A DNA stretch of 36,957 nucleotides from an uncultured Thermotogae bacterium (GTDB lineage Bacteria; Bipolaricaulota; Bipolaricaulia; UBA7950; UBA9294), in the NCBI GenBank assembly GCA_964635895.1, contig CAZWQN010000004.1, forward strand, positions 1-36,957, in the 5' to 3' direction. The position numbers were made by a program, and so were the translations under genes. A model generated the notes under the pieces. The model saw nothing but the letters and a program-made list of their open reading frames with translations, searched no databases and was not told the origin of the DNA. This document shows positions 1 through 8,246 of the stretch, piece after piece; positions within the stretch are counted from its first letter, which is position 1, and each line of letters begins with the position of its first letter.

Positions 1-894
1 TGGTCGCACCACGCGTTGCTCCTCCGAACACACGGACCCGAGGGTTCTGGCGCAGCGCCAGGGTCGCGTTCTCCCCAGCGCTCGCTGTACCGCTGCCTGC
101 AAAAACCGCAACCGGCGTCGAGGAATTCCGGAGCGCGTACCGGTGCTCGCCAAGGTCGTAGAGCACCGACTCGGGCTGCAGGCCTCCGGAGCTGGCCGCC
201 GCTTTCAGGAATACACCGTCGCGGAAGAGGAGCCAACCGACGATCTGGGGAGCGCCGTCCGCTGCAGGGATCGCGTGACCGTACAACCGACCTTCGACTA
301 GGAAGGGATGGAACCCGATCCATCGGGCGGCTCCGTATCCGCCGACGTCGGCGCGCAGGTCGACGATCCACCCTCGCGGTTGTTCGGCATCGAGCACCCG
401 AACGAGACGTACAAGTGCGTACCCCATCTCTGCGATCGGCTCCTCTGCGCCGAGCATCCGGGCGGAGGAGTCGGGGGGGATCGCGATGTACGCGAACCCT
501 TCCTCGAGGATCCGAGCGTTCATACCGTAGGGATTCTCTGGCCCTCGCCCGGGGTGTGAGGCGTGCGCCCGTCGGCCCACGCGGCCTGGTTCTCTTCCAC
601 GATTCCGGGCAGGACCAGCTCGGAGTGAACGTCGCAGTGCCCTTCGAGAAGCTCGAACATCCGCCGAAAGACCTCGAGGCATTCCGACTCGGTTCCGAGG
701 TTGTACGGCCTGGCGGTCTTCTCGACCTAGGCTCGAAACACGTCCCAGTCGATCTCGTAGCGGAGGATGGAGTTCTCCTCGAAGAGGTGCACGATGTGGT
801 CATCCCAGTCGATCGAGGTCTGCTCCGCACTTCCGAGGATGCCCGATAGGACCACGACGACAAGGACGACGCCCATACGAACCGTCGAGCGCAT
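1..894 (-). pseudogene. S41-family (tail-specific/C-terminal-processing-like) peptidase, disrupted; 3' end runs off the window
   Basis: My minus-strand translation gives three pieces. (1) 894-730 has a GGGAGGAG RBS, then MRSTVRMGVVLVVVVLSG signal peptide, then ..IDWDDHIVHLFEEN..EIDWDVFRA. An in-frame TAG lies at 727-729. (2) 726-523 reads VEKTARPYNLGTESECLEVFRRMFELLEGHCDVHSEL.., resembling the S41 N-terminal helical domain with its DGH-type motif, and ends TGA at 520-522. (3) A different frame from ATG 523-521 to the window edge reads NARILEEGFAYIAIP..GWIVDLRADVGG..VAVFAGSGTASAGENATLAL, i.e. the S41 DLRxNxGG and G-T/S-A-S-A-x-E Ser-nucleophile motifs. Confidence 0.6.
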
Positions 895-1058
895 GCCGTT
901 CTCCTCCCGACACCTGAGGTATCCCATTGCAGAAGCAACGACGAGGAAACCATACGCCAAGGGGAAGACCTACGAAGCGGGAACAGACGGTCGCGTCTCG
1001 CCAGGTGGTGGGCGATCTCCCTGTCGCGCGGGCTGCGCTGCGGGCGCCGCGGGAGCAT

Positions 1059-1508
1059 CTACCGAGTCCCAGTGACGTCCTCCGGTCGGCGGCGGATCAT
1101 CCAGCGATCCCCCACCTCGATCGTTCGGAAACCGCCGTACTCGCTGTACAGGCTCTGAGCGTCTCGCGTCGCAAGGATCATCAGTCGAAGATCGCGGAGC
1201 GCCGGGTGCTCCACGACGGCCTGGATGAGTTGTTTCCCCAGCCCGAGGCCGCGGTGGGATTCGAGGACGAACACGTCGCAAAGCCAGGCGAACGTCACGT
1301 AGTCGGTGACGACGCGGGCGAACCCGACCTGGGCAGGCCCATCGTACGCCCCAAAGCAGAGGGAGTTCTCGACCGATGCCCGAACCTGTTCCATCGAACG
1401 TCCCTGGGCCCAGTACGAGAATCGGCACAAGAAGCCATGAATGCGCTCGATGTCGAGGCGTGCCTTGTCGGTGCTGATCTCACAGTCTCTGTCCGGTCTC
1501 TTCGTCAT
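1059..1508 (-). CDS. GNAT-family N-acetyltransferase
   Basis: ORF 1059..1547. It carries the acetyl-CoA loop VLESHRGLGLGKQLIQAVV (R-x-x-G-x-G). The internal ATG at 1508 (MTKRPDRD) is the likelier start; 1547 is also possible. Confidence 0.8.
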   Translation of the reverse strand: MTKRPDRDCEISTDKARLDIERIHGFLCRFSYWAQGRSMEQVRASVENSLCFGAYDGPAQVGFARVVTDYVTFAWLCDVFVLESHRGLGLGKQLIQAVVEHPALRDLRLMILATRDAQSLYSEYGGFRTIEVGDRWMIRRRPEDVTGTR

Positions 1509-1764
1509 GGGCTCTCTTGGGGATGACGAACGCTGAGAACTGTACATGACTCAAGGCGGAACGGAGAACCCCATGCCCTGGCTCTCCCATGGGTGGAAAC
1601 GCTGTGAGCTTGCACATCCTATATAGATGACTTTGTTTCCCGTAGTTTCCTGCGCGAAATAGACTACAATGCGAGCGCGGATGGGCGGGGTCGGAAAGGA
1701 GAGTGACGAGGGCTTCTACGGCTTAGCTGCAGACCGGGCGGGGCCGTCGTAGAAGAGCTGCGGC

Positions 1765-3285
1765 GTGGGCAAAGACCGGCGAGTGCAGGACGCGGATCCT
1801 CTGTCGGAGACGATCCTTCGACTGAGCCAGTGCACGGGCGTCGATGACATCTGTGAGCTCGCTGCTTCGGCCGTCTACAACCTTCTTCCGAAGGCCTACG
1901 TGATCGTGACGCTGTACGACTCCGAGGTTGGCGCCATTCGATGGCGTTGCGACCGCGGCCTCGGTCCTCACGAGGACTTCTTCAACCGCTTGGTCGGCTC
2001 GAACCGCACCGAGAGGACCTTCGACCACTCCGCGGCGACGGGGGGAGCCGCTGCGGACGCCAGCGGACGGCTCATCGCCTACCCAGGCGGCCTGTTCGAG
2101 CTTCTGGGGGGGACGGTTCCGGAGCCGGTCTGCACCCTGCTTCGCCGGACGCTTGGCGTCGGCTCGGTGTACCACGTCGCGTTCTCTCTCGACGGCAAGC
2201 CCATCGGAGGCGTCACTCTGCTCCTGCGACGTGGCGCTCTACTGAGTCACGCCTCGATCATTGAGGGAATCGCGCGCCACGCCTCGGTCGAGATCCTTCG
2301 GCTGACCGCGCAGGTCGAGGTGCGCCAGATCGCGAGCCGGCTGGCCCTGGCGACCGAGTCGGCGCGGATCGGAGTCTGGGATCTCGACCTCGTCCACGAT
2401 CGGCTCACCTGGGACTCGCGGATGTTCGCGTTGTACGGAGTCTCTCCCGCCGGGTTCGCGGGGTCGTACGAGACCTGGCGGCAGGCTCTTCATCCGGACG
2501 ATGTCCCAGCCGCAGAGGAAGCCATTCAGGCCGCGATTCACGGCGAGAGGGGGTATCACACGCACTTCCGAACGGTCTGGCCGAACGGCGACGTGCGCCA
2601 CATCGAAGCCCACGCTGTGGTCCTTCACGGCGAGAACGGAGTCCCCGAGCGCATGATCGGGGTCAACTGGGATGTGACCGATCGAATGTTGGCGGAAGAG
2701 CGGCTGAGAGCCCGATTGGAAGGGACGGTTCGGGCGGTGTCGGCGCTGACCGACCTACGGGATCCGTACACGGCCGGTCACCAACACAAGGTCACGCGGT
2801 TGGCCTGCGCGACGGCGGAGGCGTTGGGCTTTTCCCCCGACCGTCTGGAGGGGCTGCGCGTGGCCTCCCTGTTGCACGACATCGGCAAGATGTCGGTTCC
2901 CGCGGAGATTCTTGCCAAGCCGAGCCAGTTGACGCCGGCCGAGTTCGGGCTGATTCAGGCTCACCCCCGCGCGGCGTACGACGTTCTTCGAAGCATTGAC
3001 TTCCCGTGGCCGGTGGCGGACATCGTCCTTCAGCACCACGAGTGCCTCGACGGCTCGGGGTACCCACAGGGCCTGTGCGGCGACGCCATTCTCCTCGAGG
3101 CCCGGATCCTCGCGGTGGCCGACGTAGTCGAGGCGATGTGCTCTCACCGTCCGTATCGGCCCGCGGTCGGACTTCCGGCGGCGCTCCAGGAGCTGCAAGC
3201 GAATCGGGGCGTTCTCTACGACCCGGACGTTGTCGACGCGTGCATCGGAGTCTTCTCGCGAGGAGGGTTTGCCTTCGGACCGTAG
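1765..3285 (+). CDS. GAF-like / PAS / HD-GYP domain signalling protein (putative c-di-GMP phosphodiesterase)
   Basis: A PAS_3-like block (IGVWDLDL..LTWDSRMFALYG..WRQALHPDD..GVNWDVTDR) is followed by HD-GYP signatures GHQHKVTRL, LLHDIGK and HHECLDGSGYPQG. The GTG start at 1765 is uncertain. Confidence 0.85.
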   Translation: MGKDRRVQDADPLSETILRLSQCTGVDDICELAASAVYNLLPKAYVIVTLYDSEVGAIRWRCDRGLGPHEDFFNRLVGSNRTERTFDHSAATGGAAADASGRLIAYPGGLFELLGGTVPEPVCTLLRRTLGVGSVYHVAFSLDGKPIGGVTLLLRRGALLSHASIIEGIARHASVEILRLTAQVEVRQIASRLALATESARIGVWDLDLVHDRLTWDSRMFALYGVSPAGFAGSYETWRQALHPDDVPAAEEAIQAAIHGERGYHTHFRTVWPNGDVRHIEAHAVVLHGENGVPERMIGVNWDVTDRMLAEERLRARLEGTVRAVSALTDLRDPYTAGHQHKVTRLACATAEALGFSPDRLEGLRVASLLHDIGKMSVPAEILAKPSQLTPAEFGLIQAHPRAAYDVLRSIDFPWPVADIVLQHHECLDGSGYPQGLCGDAILLEARILAVADVVEAMCSHRPYRPAVGLPAALQELQANRGVLYDPDVVDACIGVFSRGGFAFGP

Positions 3286-3367
3286 TCTTGCGGCCAGGGT
3301 CCACGGCGCTCGTGACGATTCCTGCGTGCCGAGCGGCGTGGAGCCGGCGCTCGACTACAATGCGGGC

Positions 3368-4828
3368 ATGACGACCAAGCGATCGCACGTACGAAGGTCG
3401 GCGGGAAGGATGGGACGGCCGTCGGCGTGGCTTGGGTTTCTCTTAATCTCTGTGGCTGCGTTTCCGGCGAGCGGGACGGACGGACCGCTTCCCTCCGAGA
3501 ACGTCTGGACGCGGGTTCGTCCGACAGCCGTGTGGTGCGGCGACCGCAACTCCACGGTCACGATCGAGGCACACATCGTCGGACGCGACGATGTGGCGGC
3601 GGCGCGCGTGGTCGGCCCAAACGAGGTCTTCGAGCTGCACGACGACGGCACCCACGGTGACGTCACAGCCGGGGACGGTGTGTTCACCGCCGCGGACGTT
3701 CGTCCATACTGCAGCAGCCGCTTCTCGCTTCGGTACGGGAGTGCCGTTGGGACATGGTACGGGACACTTGAGGTCACGCTCGCGAGTGGACAACGGCTCC
3801 TCGACGGGAAGTTCCTGCGCATCGGGCTCGTGCATCCGCGCTACGGCAACGCCTTTCGCCTCGAGAGCTACGGCGACGGCCTCTCCGCCACCGCGTACGC
3901 TTTCTTTATTGAAGACATCGACCGGGCCCTGTTCGACGGGTACCCTGTCTCCTCGACGATGCCCGAAGTCGCGGCGCGAGAGGCGGTGCGAAGGTTGTAC
4001 CGCGTCTTCCCCGATGCGTTCGACCTCGCCCTCGTGGTGCCCTCGATGCCGATCTTCGAAACCCTCGACCTCGGAGAGGTCGCGTCGTTGTCGCTGCGCG
4101 TAGCGAATAACGTCGAGCACATCGGCCTTCCCATCTTCGACCGTGGGGCCGAGTACGGGTCCGGCGGCCTCTTGCAGGGTGTCGTCTACCACTCGTTTGG
4201 CGGGCTCGATCTGGTCGACGTCGAAATCGCAGGTCTTTGGGGAGCTGACATCGGGGCGGCCGTGGGGGTGTCGGAAGAGGTTGGCGAGGGTCACTACCTG
4301 TGGAGTCCCCTCTCTGACGTCGGTGGGCAGCTCGCGTCCTACTACACCTCGGACGACGGCCTCATCGGGCGCTTCGAAGCGAACTCGGACGGAACGTGGC
4401 GGTTCGTCACGGCGGTGGAGAATGTTCGCTACGCGCCGCTCGAGCTCTACACGATGGGGCTCTTGAAGGCGGAGGAGGTTCCTCCCGTGCACGTGCTCGT
4501 CGATCCCGACCTTACGGATCCGCTGTCGGTCATCCCAGCCTCCGCGGTCACGGTGACCATCGACGATCTTGTCACGGCCCACGGCGGGGCCCGAACGTAC
4601 TTGGCGAGCCAAGGGCCGGTGGAGTTCTCGGTCGCGTTCATCGTGGTGGGCGATGAGCCGTTCACGTCGGCCGAGTACGCCTACTTCTCGCTTCTGTCGT
4701 ACGAGCTGACGACCAAGGCGGCGCCGTCGCCGTCGGACTACTACGCGCCGTTCTACTGGGCGACCGGGGGGCGAGCGACGCTCAAGGTGTCCCTTCCGGT
4801 GAACTTCCCTGGCCCCCTGGGACCGTAA
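3368..4828 (+). CDS. secreted hypothetical protein (signal peptide; HDDGTHGDVTAGDGVFT motif)
   Basis: ORF 3230..4828. ATG 3368 lies downstream of the HD-GYP stop (3285) and yields a basic N-terminus plus hydrophobic core (MTTKRSHVRRSAGRMGRPSAWLGFLLISVAAFPASG). No catalytic motif such as HExxH was seen. The opposite-strand 535-aa ORF is Arg-rich and looks like an artefact. Confidence 0.7.
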   Translation: MTTKRSHVRRSAGRMGRPSAWLGFLLISVAAFPASGTDGPLPSENVWTRVRPTAVWCGDRNSTVTIEAHIVGRDDVAAARVVGPNEVFELHDDGTHGDVTAGDGVFTAADVRPYCSSRFSLRYGSAVGTWYGTLEVTLASGQRLLDGKFLRIGLVHPRYGNAFRLESYGDGLSATAYAFFIEDIDRALFDGYPVSSTMPEVAAREAVRRLYRVFPDAFDLALVVPSMPIFETLDLGEVASLSLRVANNVEHIGLPIFDRGAEYGSGGLLQGVVYHSFGGLDLVDVEIAGLWGADIGAAVGVSEEVGEGHYLWSPLSDVGGQLASYYTSDDGLIGRFEANSDGTWRFVTAVENVRYAPLELYTMGLLKAEEVPPVHVLVDPDLTDPLSVIPASAVTVTIDDLVTAHGGARTYLASQGPVEFSVAFIVVGDEPFTSAEYAYFSLLSYELTTKAAPSPSDYYAPFYWATGGRATLKVSLPVNFPGPLGP

Positions 4829-4897
4829 GGGGCTGCCCCGTCGCCGTGAGGCGTGACTCGCTCGAGAGCAAGAGCTGTTCGTCCAGGAAGGAGAGCC

Positions 4898-5368
4898 GTG
4901 GCGGATATCGGGATCAGATCCGATGCTGTCGTCAGCCTGCGCGAGGTGACCGCGGAGACCGTCGGCGCCATTTGCAGGCTGAGCGACACGCTCTTCGAAC
5001 CTCAGAAGAAGATGGTCGCAGCGAATGCCGTGTCGATCGCCCAAGCGCACTTCGAGCCGAAGGCGTGGTTTCGGGCAGTCTACGCCGATGAGACGCCGAT
5101 CGGGTTCGTCATGCTCTACGACGATCCCGACAAGCCGAACGGCTATCTCTGGCGGCTCATGATCGGCGGACCGTACCAGAAGAAAGGATTCGGACGGAAG
5201 GCGATGAACCTGATCCTGGATCGGGCTCGCTCACGTCCGAACGCCACCGAGATCACGCTCTCCTACGTGCCGATCGAAGGGAGCCCCGAGCCCTTCTACT
5301 GCCAGATGGGCTTCGAGCCGACGGGAACGATGGACGACCGCGAAGTCGTCATGCGCCGGTCCCTCTGA
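4898..5368 (+). CDS. GNAT-family N-acetyltransferase (diamine/spermidine acetyltransferase-like)
   Basis: Acetyl-CoA loop YQKKGFGRKAMNLIL (Q-x-x-G-x-G). GTG 4898 is preceded by GGAAGGAG five nt upstream, in frame with track ORF 4853..5368. Confidence 0.8.
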   Translation: MADIGIRSDAVVSLREVTAETVGAICRLSDTLFEPQKKMVAANAVSIAQAHFEPKAWFRAVYADETPIGFVMLYDDPDKPNGYLWRLMIGGPYQKKGFGRKAMNLILDRARSRPNATEITLSYVPIEGSPEPFYCQMGFEPTGTMDDREVVMRRSL

Positions 5369-5385
5369 AGGGCAGGCCAGGTCTC

Positions 5386-6627
5386 CTACGGTGACTCTCT
5401 CGTCCGGGCGCTGATCCAGGCCTCGAGGTCGGCGAGCGCGGTCTCATCGAGGGGACCGAGGACCTGCAGCACCTGACGCAGGTGTTGCTCGGACTCGGAT
5501 AACGGAGCGAGCAGAACGAGCCCCGCGACCTCGGGCCGAGCCTGAGCGACGGCGGTCCCCGTCGCGGCGCTCTCTCCGTACGCTACGATCGTGATCCCCT
5601 TTCCGGCGGCTTCCGGCTGCTCGAGCAGGACGTCGAGGGCCCCGAGAGCGACCGCAAGATCGTCTTCGGGCGCGGTGCCCACCGGCGCCGAGTCAAGTCG
5701 CAGGACGACGCATCCGCGGGCGGCGAGGTACTCGGCGACCTGCGGGAGAGGGTCTGCCGCGGCATCGGCGCCCGGAATGAGAAGCGCCGCTCTCTGGGCG
5801 TTCTCGGAAGCGGCGAGCAGGGCTCGTCGGCCGGATGGGAGTGTGATCTCCCGCTCCGTGAAGGCGCTCGTCACGGCGGGAGCCTCGGTTGGGGCGCCTT
5901 CTGCTTCGCGCAGAGACAGGGCGGCCACGGCCTCCGTCAAGGCATCGATCTTGCCCAATCGCTCGGAGACGTCCGCGAATCCAGCGGCCGTCACGGCCTC
6001 GATCCCTGCCAGGCGTTCCTCGCCCTGGGTCGCCTGCATGGTCTCCGCGGCGGACAGGCTGTCGAGCGTTGTTTGAACCGCCCTCATGGTCGACGCTTGC
6101 TGATCGGCGAGTCGTTGCGTCTGCTCGACCAAGCCCGCCACGTCCCGGTTCAAGGCGCTTCGCTGGACGAGCGCGTGGATGGAGAAGGCGATGAGAGCGA
6201 CGCCGACTGCGAGGGCGGCAACCACAAGCAGACGGGTCGATCGCTCCAATCGGGTTTCCGCCTTGACCTTGGCGATGACCTCGCGCTCGGCGGCCGAGAG
6301 GTGCCTTCGTTTCCCGATCGTCAGGCGGGCGTGTCGCGCGTCGCGTACCACCCTTTCAACTCGCTTCTTCTCATCGAGTCGCTGCCGCTGGGCCGGGGTC
6401 AGGCAGGCTACGGCCTGCGTCTTGGCCGACAGATTCAGCCGGCCGGTCTGCTTGGCTGATCCCCTGGCGGGAGATGTGGTGTGTTCCGCGTTCAACGGGG
6501 ATGCCGACGGCTCCCTGGGGGAGCTGTCCTCGACTCGGCTGTGGTCCTCCATCCGTTGTGACTGCCCCTGGGTGAGGGAAGCCTGCTCCTGCTCGCGTGC
6601 ATCGGAGACGGTATCGTTTGTAGTCAT
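5386..6627 (-). CDS. membrane-anchored hypothetical protein: disordered N-terminus, one TM segment, coiled coil, alpha/beta-hydrolase-like C-terminus
   Basis: 413-aa ORF. TM segment LLVVAALAVGVALIAFSIHALV. The C-terminus LLIPGADAA..VVLRLD..ITIVAYGESAATG..LVLLAP resembles a dienelactone-hydrolase-type fold with a G-E-S-A-A nucleophile-elbow variant. Confidence 0.6.
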   Translation of the reverse strand: MTTNDTVSDAREQEQASLTQGQSQRMEDHSRVEDSSPREPSASPLNAEHTTSPARGSAKQTGRLNLSAKTQAVACLTPAQRQRLDEKKRVERVVRDARHARLTIGKRRHLSAAEREVIAKVKAETRLERSTRLLVVAALAVGVALIAFSIHALVQRSALNRDVAGLVEQTQRLADQQASTMRAVQTTLDSLSAAETMQATQGEERLAGIEAVTAAGFADVSERLGKIDALTEAVAALSLREAEGAPTEAPAVTSAFTEREITLPSGRRALLAASENAQRAALLIPGADAAADPLPQVAEYLAARGCVVLRLDSAPVGTAPEDDLAVALGALDVLLEQPEAAGKGITIVAYGESAATGTAVAQARPEVAGLVLLAPLSESEQHLRQVLQVLGPLDETALADLEAWISARTRESP

Positions 6628-6770
6628 CGTGGTCCGTGTAACCTAGTTACGATAGTGTGGAAAGCGGGCCAATGCAACGTTGGGGGGTGCGCCGCTGTAC
6701 CCAAGGGCGCTTCGATAGATGATTGCCGTGCGGCGTCGCCCAGCCAGCGCGCGGGTCCCGCGCGTTACCC

Positions 6771-6800
6771 TTGACACTTGGCCCTCCGAAAACGTATCTT
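6771..6800 (+). promoter_or_regulatory. sigma70-like promoter: TTGACA, 18-nt spacer, TATCTT
   Basis: TTGACA at 6771-6776 and TATCTT at 6795-6800, read directly from the sequence. It lies about 215 nt upstream of the NifU-like start at 7016. Confidence 0.5.
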
Positions 6801-7015
6801 AACGGTAACGTGTCGTCTCCGGACGGCGCGTTTCCTTTTCAACCCACCTCACCGGTCGCCATCTCCGCGTCATCCCGTCGAGATTGCCCCCGCTGTCGTT
6901 CGACCTCGGGCCGAGCCGAGCGGCAGGCCGCAAGGTCACGCAGGCCGAGACCGGGTATCCTCGGGGGCGCAGCCGCGACATTCGGCGGCCCGGGCTCGCC
7001 GAGAAGGAGACCGAT

Positions 7016-7237
7016 ATGCTGAACGAAGTCCAAGAGGCCTTGGAAAAGATCCGGCCGATGCTGCGTGCCGACGGCGGCGACGTGGAACTCGTCGAGGTCA
7101 CCCCTGACGGCGTGGTTCGAGTCCGCCTTGAAGGAGCCTGCCACGGCTGTGTGATGTCGCGCATGACGCTCAAGGACGGGATCGAGCGGGTCATCAAGGA
7201 ACAGGTCCCCGGCGTCACCGAGGTCGAAGCCGTCTAG
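7016..7237 (+). CDS. NifU-like (Nfu-type) Fe-S cluster scaffold/carrier domain protein
   Basis: MLNEVQEALEKIRPMLRADGGDVELVEV..VRVRLEGACHGCVMSRMTLKDGIERVIKEQVP is the typical NifU C-terminal domain with its CxxC. ATG 7016 has GAAGGAG seven nt upstream. Confidence 0.85.
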   Translation: MLNEVQEALEKIRPMLRADGGDVELVEVTPDGVVRVRLEGACHGCVMSRMTLKDGIERVIKEQVPGVTEVEAV

Positions 7238-7280
7238 TCTTGAAGCGATCGGCTCCCGGCGCCCTCCGACGCGGGCCGCT

Positions 7281-8063
7281 CTAGACCGCCGAAGGCCGTT
7301 CATCCGCCGCCGCCTCGAGGGAGCGAAGAACCTCTGCCGCTTCCTGCTTGAGCGCCGCCGTGTTCGCAAGCGTGTGCACTGCGGAAAGATGCTCGCGCTT
7401 CCACTGCAGGTGGTCCTCGCCGGCCGCCATGACGTGGTGGGCAGCCAGCGCGTCGACGTCCGGGAACTGCATCCGACACAGCGCACACGTTTGTGCCAGG
7501 GGGCGGGGCTGCCACCCGGCAAGCGATCGGCCGAGGGAGGCCGCCTCTTCGAGCTTGGCCGGCAGGTCCGCAACCGGCCCCTTCGCGGCGTGGTGGCGGA
7601 TGACATCCAGCCTCATGCCGCACCACTGCGTGATCGATTCGAACATCCGCACCACCAGATCGACCCCGTAGGGATCCTCGGCGATGTAGGACAGGATCAC
7701 GACCAGTCGCTTCTTGGCGAAGTTGTGATGGGCGTCGTAGATGAGGAATGGGTGCATTCGATCGATGAACGCCTTCATCTGTGCACACAGGTGCCACCAA
7801 TAGATCGGCGAGGCGAAGACGATAAGGTCGGCTGCGCGGAACGCGGGCGCGATCTCGCGGAATCCATCCTCGACGACGCACCCCGCGAACGGAGGACGAA
7901 AGCAGGAGTTGCAGCCGCGGCACGGCCCGACGGGCGTCTCATCGAGCGAAAACTCGGTGATCTCTCGCTCGCCGGCGTCGCGCAAGCCGCGGACGAACGC
8001 ATCCGCGAGCGTCGCCGTGTTCCCGTCTTTCTTTGGGCTGGCCTTGAGAATGAGGGTCTTCAC
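7281..8063 (-). CDS. flavodoxin-fold NAD(P)H-dependent FMN reductase / iron-sulfur flavoprotein (Isf)-like, with a C-terminal C2H2-like extension
   Basis: VKTLILKASPKKDGNT.. is a flavodoxin-like N-terminus. It carries a compact Cys motif C-RG-C-NS-C-FRPPFAG-C (CX2CX2CX7C, as in Isf 4Fe-4S sites). GTG 8063 is preceded by GGAGGAGG seven nt upstream. The tail contains CALCRMQFPDVDALAAHH. Confidence 0.8.
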   Translation of the reverse strand: MKTLILKASPKKDGNTATLADAFVRGLRDAGEREITEFSLDETPVGPCRGCNSCFRPPFAGCVVEDGFREIAPAFRAADLIVFASPIYWWHLCAQMKAFIDRMHPFLIYDAHHNFAKKRLVVILSYIAEDPYGVDLVVRMFESITQWCGMRLDVIRHHAAKGPVADLPAKLEEAASLGRSLAGWQPRPLAQTCALCRMQFPDVDALAAHHVMAAGEDHLQWKREHLSAVHTLANTAALKQEAAEVLRSLEAAADERPSAV

Positions 8064-8087
8064 GCGGTACCTCCTCCCGGACGGAGC

Positions 8088-8102
8088 GTTGTTCGGAACA
8101 AC
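8088..8102. promoter_or_regulatory. perfect inverted repeat GTTGTTC-g-GAACAAC (candidate operator) upstream of the Isf-like gene
   Basis: Read directly from the sequence: 7-bp arms, 1-nt spacer, 25-39 nt upstream of the GTG at 8063. Confidence 0.3.
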
Positions 8103-8170
8103 AACAACGTCGCACAGGGACGTATCGCCATCGTCTCGACGTTCCTCGTGCAACTCACGCCGGCTAAGAA

Positions 8171-8218
8171 GGGAGGTTGAGAAAGAGAAGGCCACCGTCC
8201 AGGACGAGGGCGGTGGCC
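8171..8218 (-). terminator. intrinsic-terminator-like hairpin followed by a pyrimidine tract
   Basis: GGCCACCGTCC (8190-8200) pairs with GGGCGGTGGCC (8208-8218) around a 7-nt loop. On the minus strand it is followed by TTCTCTTTCTC, 29 nt after the stop of the 8247 gene. Confidence 0.55.
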
Positions 8219-8246
8219 GGCTGGGGGTAGCGGCTGGAGGGCTGAG

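Noticed and set aside
727-729. In-frame TAG in the S41 gene as programmed recoding (read-through or pyrrolysine-type)
   Set aside because: TAG terminates about 20 other ordinary genes in this window, so it is a functional stop here. The same gene also has a frame disruption, which favours a pseudogene or a sequencing error.
16-849. 277-aa plus-strand ORF at the left edge
   Set aside because: It is extremely Arg/Gly/Pro-rich. It lies antisense to a minus-strand sequence with clear S41 peptidase motifs, so it is a high-GC artefact.
3443-5050. 535-aa minus-strand ORF opposite the secreted orphan and GNAT
   Set aside because: It contains Arg-runs (RRRRRRRL) and no motifs, and it spans two plus-strand genes that have an RBS and a signal peptide. 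It is an antisense open frame typical of GC-rich DNA.
6942-6956. AGGCCGAGACCGGGT, resembling the cobalamin-riboswitch B12 box
   Set aside because: It is only a partial match with two mismatches to the core. No GCCACTG or other conserved cobalamin-riboswitch elements are nearby, and there is no functional link to a NifU-like gene.
7105-7125. GGTTCGAGTCC, a tRNA T-arm-like string
   Set aside because: It lies inside the well-supported NifU-like CDS. The flanks do not form a T-stem, acceptor stem or anticodon arm.
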